Origin: Spirogloea muscicola
Lineage: Eukaryota
Length of the DNA stretch: 64,000 nt
Direction of reading: 5' to 3'
Assembly (NCBI GenBank): GCA_009602725.1
Contig: WELB01000002.1
Coordinates: forward strand, 1,699,194-1,763,193
In this document: positions 1 to 13,700 of the stretch, one piece after another
Layout of the letters: each line of letters opens with the position of its first letter
How positions within the stretch are numbered: the stretch's first letter is position 1
The notes under the pieces: model-generated
Databases searched by the model: none
Told to the model about the DNA's origin: nothing
The model's input: the letters and a program-made list of their open reading frames with translations, nothing else
Translations under genes and position numbers: made by a program

Positions 1-37
1 AGGCACTCCTCCAAACACAGCCCCGCCGGCCGCCGTC

Positions 38-3000
38 ATGGCCGCCGCGGACGCCGCCGCCGCCGCCGCCGCCGCCGCGGAGACGGGGTCCGACTCCACG
101 TCGGCGGAGCAGATCCCTTACCGGATCTCCGACGACCTGTCCGACGCCGACTCTGGGCCTGTTCCGCGAGCCAGGAGTGCGACGCCGCCTTGCCATCACG
201 CCAAAGGCTCCTCGGACGACCTGGAGACGGCGCGGGTCAAGTTCCTGTGCAGCTTCGGCGGCGCCATCCTGCCGCGCCCGTCAGGTCGGCGGCCGTGTCC
301 TGGCGTCCGCGGCGCTCTCTCTTTTGCCAGTGCACGTAGCTGGGCCTGTCACGCCCTGAGGGCACATTGCCAGGCTCTTGCCACGCTTGAGGTGCCGTCG
401 TATGGCCGTCCGTTTCTCTAGTTGCTGCATTCATAGGGGCAGTTGTCCTCTTGAGTTTGCCGGGAAAGCCCTCTCAACTCACGGCGGTCATCGCTCGTGG
501 AGCTTCCGCAGATGGCCAGCTCCGCTACGTTGGTGGCGACACGCGCGTGATCAGCGTCAGCAGGAGCATCAGCTATGCCGACCTCCTGGCGAAGCTCATC
601 AATGTGCACGGGCAGGCCGTGACGATAAAGTATCAGGTGCGCCATGTGGTGTGACGACCATCGATGCTGATGATGTACCAGCATCTTGCCGCTGCTCAGT
701 GGGACGCAACGAATGCCGTGCCGACCTATTGGGTTCAGGTTGTCCACTTTCTACATGTGATGTAGGTTGCTCTGAATGTTCGCTTCTAGGTCAGCACATA
801 CTGATGCTGGTGATCACCTCTGCCTCAAAGTCGCACAGACAGCCGTCTTATCCATTCTAGGGCGGGAGACTGACTTCCTCGGGGTGCACGTCTTTTCTTT
901 TCAGTTGCCAGACGAGGACTTGGACGCGCTCGTCACAGTAATGAGCAGCGACGACCTTGTCAACATGATGGAGGAGTATGACCTGCTGGAGAGCCGCGGT
1001 AAGGGGTTCGTTTACTACTGTTGCTCAAGTCCGTCATGCTGGATATCCAAGGCCAAATTCGCAAGCTGCGCTGCTGGAAAGTACGAGCTGAGATGCTTTT
1101 CATCACTCTGCTGATTCCGACAATGCGTGACACGTGGGGTGCAGAAGGGGTGGCGCGCCTTCGCCTGTTCCTCTTCCCCGCAGCCGCCCCTGAGCCCGTG
1201 CCGCAGGCGTTCGGCACACATGGGCGCGGATCAGCAAGCTCGTATGTGGAGGCGCTGAACGGTCAGCTAGGTGTGGGGGGACAAGCGGCGGTGGATCCGG
1301 AGGCGTCTGCGCATGTGCCGGACGGGCACCTCCCCTTGGGCGGCAATGCTCTTCCGCCGCCAGCTGCGGTGACGACAGGTGCTGCTCCGGCGCATCAGCC
1401 TTTCGGACCTCTGCTGACAGCGGGCGCCCTGCAGCTGCAGCCGATGCCGGGGTTGTCACAGCTCGCTCCCTCCGAGGCAGGCGGGGGATATAGCTCGGTG
1501 GACTTTGCCAAGAAGCAGCAGCAGGAGAAAGCTCAAGTGCAACCAGGGGGGCAGACCAGCGGCGGCGTTGGTGTTGGCGGTGGCAGCATCGGTTACCACC
1601 ATGACACATTGCAGCAGGTCCAGAAGAAGCTTCAGGCGCTTGTGCCGCAGGGCTCACAGGGTGACTCGGCGCTCGGGTCGCCGTCTGCAATCTCCTCGGG
1701 CACATCCTCACCGCAGTTGGCGCGGCGCTGGTTGCCGTCTTCGCAGCCACCATCAGCGCCCGAGCCAGGGCATCCTGTGTACCTGCACCCCAACGAGTAC
1801 AGCAGCTACGTGAACCCCTACGGCACTGATCCGTCCAAGATGCAAGCTCGCCCAGAGCCGGCACCGGGCTTTCAGCACGAGAGGAGCCAATCAGACGGCT
1901 ATGTCTTTGGTGGTGCTAAGGTGGAGCTGCCAAGGCCGCAGATGCTGCCGCTCCTCAATCTGCCTCGTCGTGACAGGGATGTCACTCCGACGCACTCAGG
2001 CCCGTCCTCGCCGACAGCTGCCGGCCCAAAGCGCCACCCTGATCATCAGCAGCATCACTGGCCCGAGGCTTTGCGGCCAGACCCCGCCCAGCGGCATTGG
2101 GCAGGGCGAGGGGGCACTCAGGATTCCGCACCGCAGAGCATGGTCGGCAGCGACAGCTGGGACGGTGTGCGCAAGCAGGCCGCTGTTGGTGGCCGACTAC
2201 AGCTGGCATACCGCGATGGCCTCCCACCTCACGTCATACATGCACAGTCCACTCCTGGCTCGCCGCGCCTATCGTATACGGACAGCCAACGGAAGGCCTT
2301 GCTGGCCGCGCAGATCCCAGTTGGCAGCGGCGGTGGCGGCGGTGGCCATGGGCTGCAGCAGACATATGCAGATCAATTGGGCAGGTCAAGCCAGGGTCCG
2401 AGCAGCGGGCCAAGCATGGGATCGTCGCCTGACGAGCGGCGGCCACTGCCGAGTCGAGTGATGCACAGCGGCAATATTACGGAGGATCAGAGCTTTCATG
2501 GGGACTACCAGCCGCCACTGCGGCCGGTCGTCTCCGCGCCAGCAGCGGCAGGTGAATACCGCACTCTGGATCTTCCAGAGTGGGGCGCCGACCCCGGGGA
2601 CATTGCGCTGCTGAAACGGGGTGGACTTCCGCTCCATGCGTCAGCATCAGCCCCGGACCTTGAGGAGCACGCTTTCAGGCATCGCTTCGAACCAAATATC
2701 ACTCGCCCGGCAGACCGCCTGCACATCCCTAGGAGGAATCATCTGGCAGGTGCGTTAAGTTGCCGATGAGAACACTGACACAGCATCTTGATGAGGGACT
2801 GCATTTCACACACACTTATCCTCATTGCAATATACACCACCAAGCTTTGAAGTCCGCAGTGACCAGGATGGGCTTGTTTCCTCTTTGTGATCTCGATGCA
2901 GACATTGCAGAGGGGGACTTGGATGGGAGGCACAAGCCCACAGGGTATGCTCCTGCTGTGCCGCCGGTCAATGAGCTCGACCCATATGAGATGCAGGACA

Positions 3001-6000
3001 ATGCGATGAATAGAGGCAACACTTACGCCTCCACATCGCAGGCGCCCAACATGGTATCCTACGCCTCACTCTGGGTCCCTGGCAAACCTCCAGAGAGGTT
3101 GTCTTCAGTAAGCTCTACAGGACTGAGATGATGTTTCAAGAGTACATCTGTCGTAGTGACCTGTTGCTTGCTTGCAGCAGGTTCATATGGGATCAGCATG
3201 GCCACAAGAAGTTGAACAGAGCTCATGTCATGATTGGTCACTTGAGGGGGATGTCATAAGATAGCTAGTGCAAGTTGGCAGGATTAGATAGATTCTCATT
3301 TGATTACATTGAAGCAGCTCTGGCAGAGCTGCTCCACACCTGTTGCTCGTTCTGAGTGTTGCAGAAGCTGCCATGGCTTTGCAGGTGGCCATGCCAGGCT
3401 TGCCTCCTCTGTATGGAGGTGCTCAGTTCAACCAAGGTGTGGGGTTGCAAGACAGGTTGCCCAAGGCCCAGCTTCACCAGAGCCTGCTGGCCGATCCAGC
3501 CGGCCAGCATGGCTTTCCCGTCGTTCCTCGGCCAGGGAGCAGCCAGATGCACCCCCATCCCATGCCAGCACCAGACCTCTTATCAGGTTTCGAGGAGATG
3601 CCACTGTCGCCCGAGCAGCGGCTGAGGTACATGGGAGCGTCCGCGGGATACAATCACAATGCCATGCGTCCAGTCCAGGAGAACCAACAGCCAAATGCAG
3701 CGCATGCGCCTGCATATGGAGATCGCCTGTATCATGCGAGGCTTGATGTGCCACATCGGACCGCTGATTACGCTGGGAACGGTGAAGAGGACTTCGCCCC
3801 GGGCAGTCCACTGGGGTCGCCCCCTTGGTCCCTCAAAGACACAGCAAGAGAAGGCCATCACCTATACGGTGCTCCAGAGCTGGAAGGCCTGCATAGCCGG
3901 TTCTATCAGGAGCAGCTGCATGCGGGGATGGGCGCGGGGCGCACCGATGTGGGGCATCATCAGCCTCCCGAGTCGTCCCTCGCGTTGAGGAGCCCTCCTC
4001 CTAGCGCCGTGCAGTCCAGGATGGGCTCCACCCAGGTACAGACAGTGGAGGAGGCGGCCGAGCTGCAGCGGCTCCAGCAAGAGGCGCTAGCGCGGGCGGT
4101 GAAGTCCAGGCTCTTGACCGTGGCGTCTCCAGCCGACACCCCGTTGGCTGCTGGAGAGGGCCACCCCTGGCACATGCCCTCGCAGGGCCCAGAGGTCATG
4201 CGCGTGTTTGCCGAGGCAGCTGAGGAGCATCGACTGGCAGCATCTGCGCAGCGGCAGCATCAGTTGCCAACACCAGAGTCCCATGTGTACCCACCCCGAG
4301 GTGATGGGAGCAGCCTCAGCATGAGCCCCAGGTCGCCAAGCAGGGCCTCCAGTTACCAGAATCTGCAGCTTCTGGGTACGCTAGCAGACGGGAGGAGCAG
4401 CGGGCATCAAGGCCAGGACTACGTCGTGAGAGACCATAGGGGCCATGCAAGGGACGGCGTTGGTCAAGGAGAAGCACAGTACGAGTTGCCGCAGAATCTG
4501 TGGTCCCCCAAGGATTCCCTTCAAGCTCCTGATGGTACCATCAACTATTCGCAGTCAGTCCCAGCTGCACCTCTGGCACAGGCTGATCCAAAAGGCAGTC
4601 GTGGTGGATTGAGCCTAACACAGCAACAACAACGGCTTCAAGTCCATCCTTCCATTGCTACAGCTCCTCCTGCTCCCCTACATTCACAAGCTACTCTCCC
4701 TGAGCACCAGTGGGATTCAGATGCTCTCAATGAGCAGTCTAGCGGTGATGTGGAAGATGACTTGCTCATGATGGGCAGTAAGCCTTCTTCGGACGATGTC
4801 ATGGAGCCTCCTACCTTTGCTCTCCATATGAATAGAATTCAGGTCGATGAATTTGAGGAGGCAGCTGCGGCTGATAAGAGCCAAAGCCCTGTAACAACCT
4901 CTCAGAAACAGGCACCAGCTGGATCAGCTGGTCAGGAAGAACACAAAGCAGAGCAGAGTGTAGCAGCTGGCAGCACAACTCAGGCCAGTGCAGCCCAAGC
5001 TAGACAAGATAGCAAGAGAGCCCTCATGCCCAGCAAGACTGACGTGCGAGATGCAACTGGCCCAGCTGCCCTCGACCTACCCTTAACGTCCCTACTTGAC
5101 AAGGAGGACAGTGATGGGCCTCTAGGAACAGCTGCAGAAGAGGAGGCCGTTGCCCATGGACTGCAGGTACAGCAGAGCACATGATGGAGATATTAGCACT
5201 AAGAGATGGACTTGATGGTACTGAGCCTTTGTATCTGGCTTCAGGTGATGTCATCAATTCCAGCTTGTACTTTCTGACTGCTATGCTATCTGCATGCAGA
5301 CAATCAAGAATGCAGACCTGGAAGAGCTCAAGGAGCTGGGGTCCGGGACCTTCGGAACTGTGTACCATGGCAAATGGAGGGGCACAGATGTGGCCATCAA
5401 GCGGATCAAGGCCAGTGTCTTCCAGGGGCGAGCATCTGAACAGGATCGACTAGTACGATGATCATAAGCCCAATCTTCTCCACTTTGTCTCGTATCACCG
5501 TTAGGCTACCTTCCCGAGCTGCTCCTCTCTGTCTTCTATTCCGGAACCCTAAACCCTAAGCCCTAAACCCCATTTCCCTTGCTTTACATTGCAAGTCCTT
5601 TTCAACAGGGCATTCTCCGAGATTTCAGATGTGGGGCTTTGATACTGTGTTGCAGGTTGCTGATTTCTGGAAAGAGGCAAGCACGCTTGCAGCACTTCAT
5701 CACCCGAATGTGGTTGCCTTTTATGGTGTCGTCAAAGACGGGCCTGGGGGCACTTTGGCTACGGTGACCGAGTACATGGTCAATGGTTCACTGAAGCAGG
5801 TCCTCCACAAGAAGGAGCGGTGAGCAGCATGCTGTGCTTGTTTCCTTGAGCTACTGCTTGGCATTTCGCTTGCGTGATTGATCTCATTCATGAGCTTCCT
5901 CAAGCAAGCAAGGGGTGGACCCAGTACGTTTTCTGCGGTGCCTATGGTGGGTGGCTATTGGTCCTGTGTTTTCATCATTGAGAATTGTTGTGGTATGGGG

Positions 6001-6983
6001 TCTGTATGTCCAGCAATGACATGAAGACCGGTGAATAGCAGAGGCCGTAGGCTGAACATTGCAGTGATGTCTCTGCAGGACAATTGATCGCAAAAAGCGT
6101 GTTCTTATTGCCATGGATGCCGCATTTGGAATGGAATACCTGCACACCAAGAATATTGTGCATTTTGACCTTAAATGTGACAACCTCCTTGTGAACTTGA
6201 GAGACACTCAGAGACCAATCTGTAAAGTAGGCGACCTTGGCTTGTCAAAGATCAAGCACAAGACAATGGTTTCAGGAGGTGTTCGAGGCACGTTGCCCTG
6301 GATGGCACCTGAGCTGTTAGATGGACGCTCTACCCTTGTCACAGAGAAGGTCAGCTTGTCGTGCCCTTTCCTCGTAGTGCAATTGCTGATAGCAAGCAAT
6401 GCATGTGATTAATTACCAGCAACTGCTTGCTCTGAAGTACACATCTGGGAAAATGAGGACTTTCAGGTTGATGTATTCTCCTTTGGAATCGTGATGTGGG
6501 AGCTTCTTACTGGAGACGAGCCTTATACAAACATGCATTATGGGGCAATCATAGGTGCGTGCAATTAAAATCTGGCTGATGGTTCTGCTCTAGTCTCTCA
6601 AGCTGTGCTGCGGTCCTGCTTGTGCTCAGTAAATGCGTATTACACCTGAGTTCCTGCTTCTGCTGGCAAGTTGGCTCTCTATGTCTGCTGTTAAGATGTC
6701 AGGAGTTAAGGTGACATGTTTTAGTCTGATTTCATGATGAGAAGTTGAGCTGTCAATATTTTGCCTGGTGCATTTGCGAATATGGTGATTCGCCCCCTGA
6801 TATGAGTAGTGCTCTTGTAAGGCAGGTGGGATTCTGAATGATACACTGAGGCCTCCCGTTCCTCACGGTTGCCACCCGCCATGGAAAGATCTTATGGAGC
6901 GCTGCTGGGCCAACAGCCCAGAAAAGCGGCCAAGTTTCAGCGAGGTTGCAGCCGAGTTGCGGGCCATGAGCCTGGCAAAATAA
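38..6983 (+). CDS. PB1-domain Raf-like MAPKKK (B4 RAF clade, Ser/Thr kinase), multi-exon
   Basis: N-terminal PB1: [43 protein letters not shown]. Long disordered middle (ORFs 1021-2769, 3343-5184). Kinase exons: [92 protein letters not shown]; stop at 6981-6983. GT-AG introns. Confidence 0.95.
5545..5570. repeat. Interstitial telomere-like (CCCTAAA)n tract / teloboxes in a kinase intron
   Basis: aaccct aaaccct aagccct aaaccc lies inside the intron between kinase exons (~5453-5655). Confidence 0.75.
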
Positions 6984-7153
6984 GCCTTAGGGATATTGAG
7001 TGAGCAGAGAAGAGCGGTTTACACAGTACAGATGCTTTACTTCTCAATTACAAGCCTTAAGGACCCATGAGAGAGCGTGAGGAGCACAGGCAAGGCGCCT
7101 CAAGATGTGGCTACGACCTGGACGTACAAGCAGGCCGAGATAAATTGCTCTTT

Positions 7154-7190
<37 letters not shown>

Positions 7191-8412
7191 TCTTGTTTCT
7201 CATTGTGAGAGGCTTGGCCACTCCCCGTGTAACTATTGCCCAACCACTCCCTGGCGATGCAAGGTGGATGGCGAACATTATGCCGTTCCTCATGGTTAGC
7301 CGTCTGCCACAGTGGGAGCATCTCTACTCTCATCCTGAGAACCGTTGGTGGCAGTCAACTGCCTGGTTCAGCGTAGCTGTGGGTTTTCTTGTCCACCTTC
7401 TGTTGCCTTAAGACTTAAGTTTCCTCCCTATACATTGAGTCTGTGTACCTGTTTTTTGGATAGACATTGACCTTCCAGTGGCCCAGCATAGCAGCAGGCA
7501 ATCGCACTTGCTGTCATGACAACAAGCGCCATCCATTATGTATGTGCTTCTCAATGCGAGGCTTCTCATGTGTCTGAAATTGAATACACAAGTAATGCAA
7601 ACACTTCATCAGTCGTTTGTGGTACTCCAACAGTCGTCTTTTTCGAGGTTTCGAATAGAATGTGAATAATCATCGGTGCATGCATCTCAACGAGACGTGA
7701 TGCCGATGTCAATCCTCCAATTTACGATTCATGTCCTTCACATGGGCGTACCTCCAAAAAGGCAACATCCTCACAGCATCGACTGGCCCCAACCTGCAGA
7801 TTCTATCATTTGAACCAATAGCAATTTATGATGGAAATCGATCCGCTGGCGCCCAGCAGTGGTGCAGCACAGACCAGCCTAAGCCTTGTATGAGCAGATA
7901 CCATCATAAGCTCTGCATGAGCTCGTAGGTGCCGCTGTGTGCCACTCAGATGCCAGTTGCCCATGAGAAAGCACAGAAAGGAAGGGCACCCGCACGTGGC
8001 TGCTAGAGATCGACCAGTGAGAATGGAGGCACAGTCAATACTCAAAAGCGGTTTCGTGCGTAGCCACCAACCTGTTGGCAGGTTATCAGTGAGGATTAAC
8101 AGCTGCCTGCAAACATTGGGGAGGGGCTGCAAAACGCTAATTGGCACAAAAATTAGAGCAGGGTAGGCGCGCAGTGGGAGCCGTACGCCCAAGGCAGACG
8201 AGGACTACGCTAGTGCCGGGGAGCTTGGTCTACAAGGGCGGTCTCTATCCTGTCCAGAAGCATTAACGCACACTTTCGAAGTCCTTGACTGCATGGCCGA
8301 CCAGCTTCGTTGGGGAAGGCCAGCTTATGCCATGTGAGTCCCTAGCTACATGGCTGACCCAGTGGCAGCGCTGGCACATCAGCATACAGCGGCATCATGG
8401 GCACAAGGCTCT

Positions 8413-10416
<2,004 letters not shown>

Positions 10417-10779
10417 GCGCCCGACGCTCGCCGCCGCCGCGCCCGACGCTCGCGGCCGCCGTCGCCGCCACCGCCTCCGCCGACGGGGGTGTCGCCGAGT
10501 GTCGGGCGGCGGCGTTCGTCGGGCTGGAGGAGAGAAGGGGGTGGTGAGAGTTCCAGGCTGCCCCGGGGGCTGACGTCCGCAGTGGCCGTACACGGCAAGC
10601 CCGCGTCGGCTGCACGTGCTGGGAGGTCCGTACGCGCATGCGCGCCCGCACGCGCTGCAGGAAGTCCGCCACCGGGCGCGCCAGCTGGAAGGGGGTGCCC
10701 GGGGCAGGGTATACCTAGAGGAGGCGGCCGGCGGCGCCTGCAGAGGACGGGGCGGAACATTATGCATTCCGTCCTGACC

Positions 10780-13700
10780 GTCCTGTCCATTCTTTTGGGC
10801 TGGCCTCTCCCAGCCACCAGTTAATCTGGCCGCGCTTGCTTCTTTTGCATGGCAGGTGTGAGCTATTCGAAGAAGTGCGCACCCATAGAGAAGAGAGGCT
10901 GGCAAAGCCAGCCCAATAAAGAATGGACAATATCCAAAGCCAAAGAAAGAGAGCCGTATAAAAGGACTACACTACAAAACACTGCAGAAGAAGAAGCGGC
11001 TCTCCCAATGGGGGCAAGGGCTGTGAGAAGCCAGCCCGAAAAGAATTGACAAGGATCGAAGGGGCCAAAATTCGAGCTAAGCAGCGACTGTGGGGCCTGA
11101 AGAAGAAGTGGCTCTCCCAATGGGGGCAAGGGCTGTGAGAAGCCAGCCCGAAAAGAATTGACAAGGTTCGAAAGGCCTGAAGAGGCAATGGCAGTAACTC
11201 TGCAGAACACATAGACGATGCAGAGGGTAGCTCAGTGCACACGAGTGAGCAACGTCAGGTCTGAGTAGCTCGCCGCAGGGAAAGAGGCTATTCTTGCCAG
11301 AAATTGGAAGAGCTGTTTCGCTGAGGCCCGGCGCCAGGCTTGCCCGCAGAGGACGAGGCGCTTCCGGGGAGGGCAGCGCCTGAGGGCGGGGTTGGCGGTA
11401 CCCGCAGAGGACGACGGGGCGGCGGGCGGGCCCTCCTCACGAACTCCCATGCGCCATGTGTCCCGCCCCTGCTGACGTCATCCGCCTTTGCTGGTGGCCG
11501 GCGCACTGCACGATACGCGCCGCGATACGCGCCGGGCCGCGCGCGTACTCCCCCCCTTCCCTCTCGAACTCGGTTCCATTCGCCTTCCTGCAGCTGGCCA
11601 ACCACAGCCTTCGTGTCCCAGTGGAAGAGTGCTTCCCCGGCCTGGCCTTCTCTCGGTGGACGGAAAGTCTCCTGAGAACTCCCCGACTTGCGGCTCCTAA
11701 CCTGGGTTGTTGAGAGTACTTCCTCTGAGAGAACTTAGTACCTTGCTTTCTGCCAGATGGCGCGTACTACTACTAGCGCAGGTGTACCGCATGCGCTTGG
11801 CCGTCTCGCTGCAGAGTGGTCTATGGCCCGCGCGCTGCACCTGCGGGCCGGAAGAGCTCCTCGCTCCTGCCTCTGGCTCTGGCCAGGGGACCCGCTTCCA
11901 GGAGTCAAGTTTCTCTGACCTGCGGCTGCTTAGCAGTGTAGTCCATTTCGGCACCTCTTCTTTGGCTTTGCACATTGTCCAATCTTTTTAGGCTGGCTTT
12001 GCCAGCTCTTCTTCTCTATGGAAGAAGTGCTATGGGCGAGCACTTTCTTCTTAGCAGGGGTTACTGAGTGCTTCGTAGCTGCCACTCCGTCATTGTGGTT
12101 TTAGGTCCCTCCGTCATCTAACCCCTTCGAATCTTTGTCAACTCTTTTCGGGCTGGCTTCTCGCAGCCCTTGCCCCCATCGGGAGAGCCACTTCTTCGTA
12201 GCTGCTTAGTTTCAATTTGTGCTTGTCTTTCTCAGTGCTTCCCCTGGCCCCTTCTTCTGCGTTGTTTACTCTTTTTTGGGCTGGCTTTCTCCAGCCCCTA
12301 TCCTCAATGGGCGAGCCCTTTTCCCCCCACTACTGTTTGCGCCATCCGGCTCCTTCAGACCTTGTCCATACCTTTGGGCTGGCCTCTCACAGCCTTCAGT
12401 CAATCCGGCAACGATGTTGTTTTCTTCAATCCTTCAATTCTCAATTTCTCTCTTTGAGAGAAAAATAGTGGCTGAAAGAGCCCCTCTTTCCCCGCCCCCG
12501 ACGAGTTCGTCGCACCTGCAGTCGACGTTCACGGGACATTTGCGTCTCGGTGGCTCGACCTGTTCCTATGATGCAATGTACGGCATATTTGTGGAAGCCG
12601 GTTACACTGTGGCGCTGGATATTCCGGCGTTATGCCTCTGACAGCAGCTGGGGCTGGCCGTCTCCACACCCGACGCGCCGATCTTGTCGCCAGCGCGCTC
12701 GGCGAGGGGCCGCGGCTCATTGCCGACGTCGTCACCACCGACTGCGTTGATTCCAGGAGCACCCAACGCTCGTCGGAGATGGAGTGTATATAAAGAGATG
12801 GAGGGCCTGTGTGGCCAAGTACAAAGGCAAGCACATTGACAAATGTACGTCACCTGCTGCTAAGCTAACCCGCTCAGTAACCACGAGTCAGCACATAGAG
12901 GTCGCTAACTGATGCCCGAATACTGGACGGCAATCGACAAGCTCTTGAGCTATCAACGGAGGAGGCGGCAGTCCGCCAAGCGGCGGGCGTCAAGGAATGC
13001 AAATAGGCTGATCACCCAGTGGGTGACGAGTTCGTCCCGCTCGCCGTCGACGTCCACGGGGCGTTTGGGACGCGATGGCTTGACCTTCTCCAGCACCTTT
13101 GCGCGGCGTGCGGTGGCCCGCCGCCAAAGCGCAGCAGAGCGAGCAGCCTGGCTTCAATGCCGCCGGGTCCCTTGCTCGAGTGTTCCGGATGCGCTTGGCC
13201 GTTTCCTTGCAGAGGTCCCTTGCCTGCGCTGTCCACTTGCGTGCAGGCCGCGCCTTGGCTGCTGCCTTCCGTCAGGGCAACGTCTACCCGCCTGCTAGTT
13301 ACTCTGACTTGCACTTACTGACTCGAGGTTACTGAGAGCCCCTTGCTGCCATCTAAGCAATTAGTATCTTGCTTTGTGCGCCATCCGGCCCCTCCCGACC
13401 TTGTAGATCCTTTTGGGCTGGCCTCTCACAGCCACCAGCCAATGTGGAAGCGCTGTTCTGATTCTCTGTGGGCGAGCACTTTCTTTCTTACTTTCTTTTC
13501 TTTGCGCGGTGTGCTGTGTCCCGCCGCCAAGGGCAGCAGAGCGAGCAGCCCGGCTTCAATGCCGTCTGGTTGCTTGCTCACGTATACACGATGCGACTTG
13601 CCATCTTTCTGCAGCGGTCCTTGGCATTTGCCGTCCACTTGCGGGCAGGCCGCGCCGTGTCGGCTGCCTCCGGGTTCCGACTGGGCGCCCCTTGGACCTT

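Noticed and set aside
7157..7187. Poly-C run and the 114-aa ORF containing it
   Set aside because: Homopolymer in the presumed 3' UTR or intergenic region; no coding evidence.
11018..11045. Hammerhead-like CTGTGA...GAAA on the antisense strand of the 3' motif; HDV-like look of cagccctcgcc
   Set aside because: The core lacks CUGANGA spacing, those bases sit in the GGGCTG/CAGCCC stem, and I could not build stems I/III or the HDV double pseudoknot.
10990..11183. Near-identical ~70-nt repeats resembling a CRISPR-like array
   Set aside because: Eukaryotic context, no cas genes, irregular spacing and mixed orientation; explained by nested insertions with TSDs.
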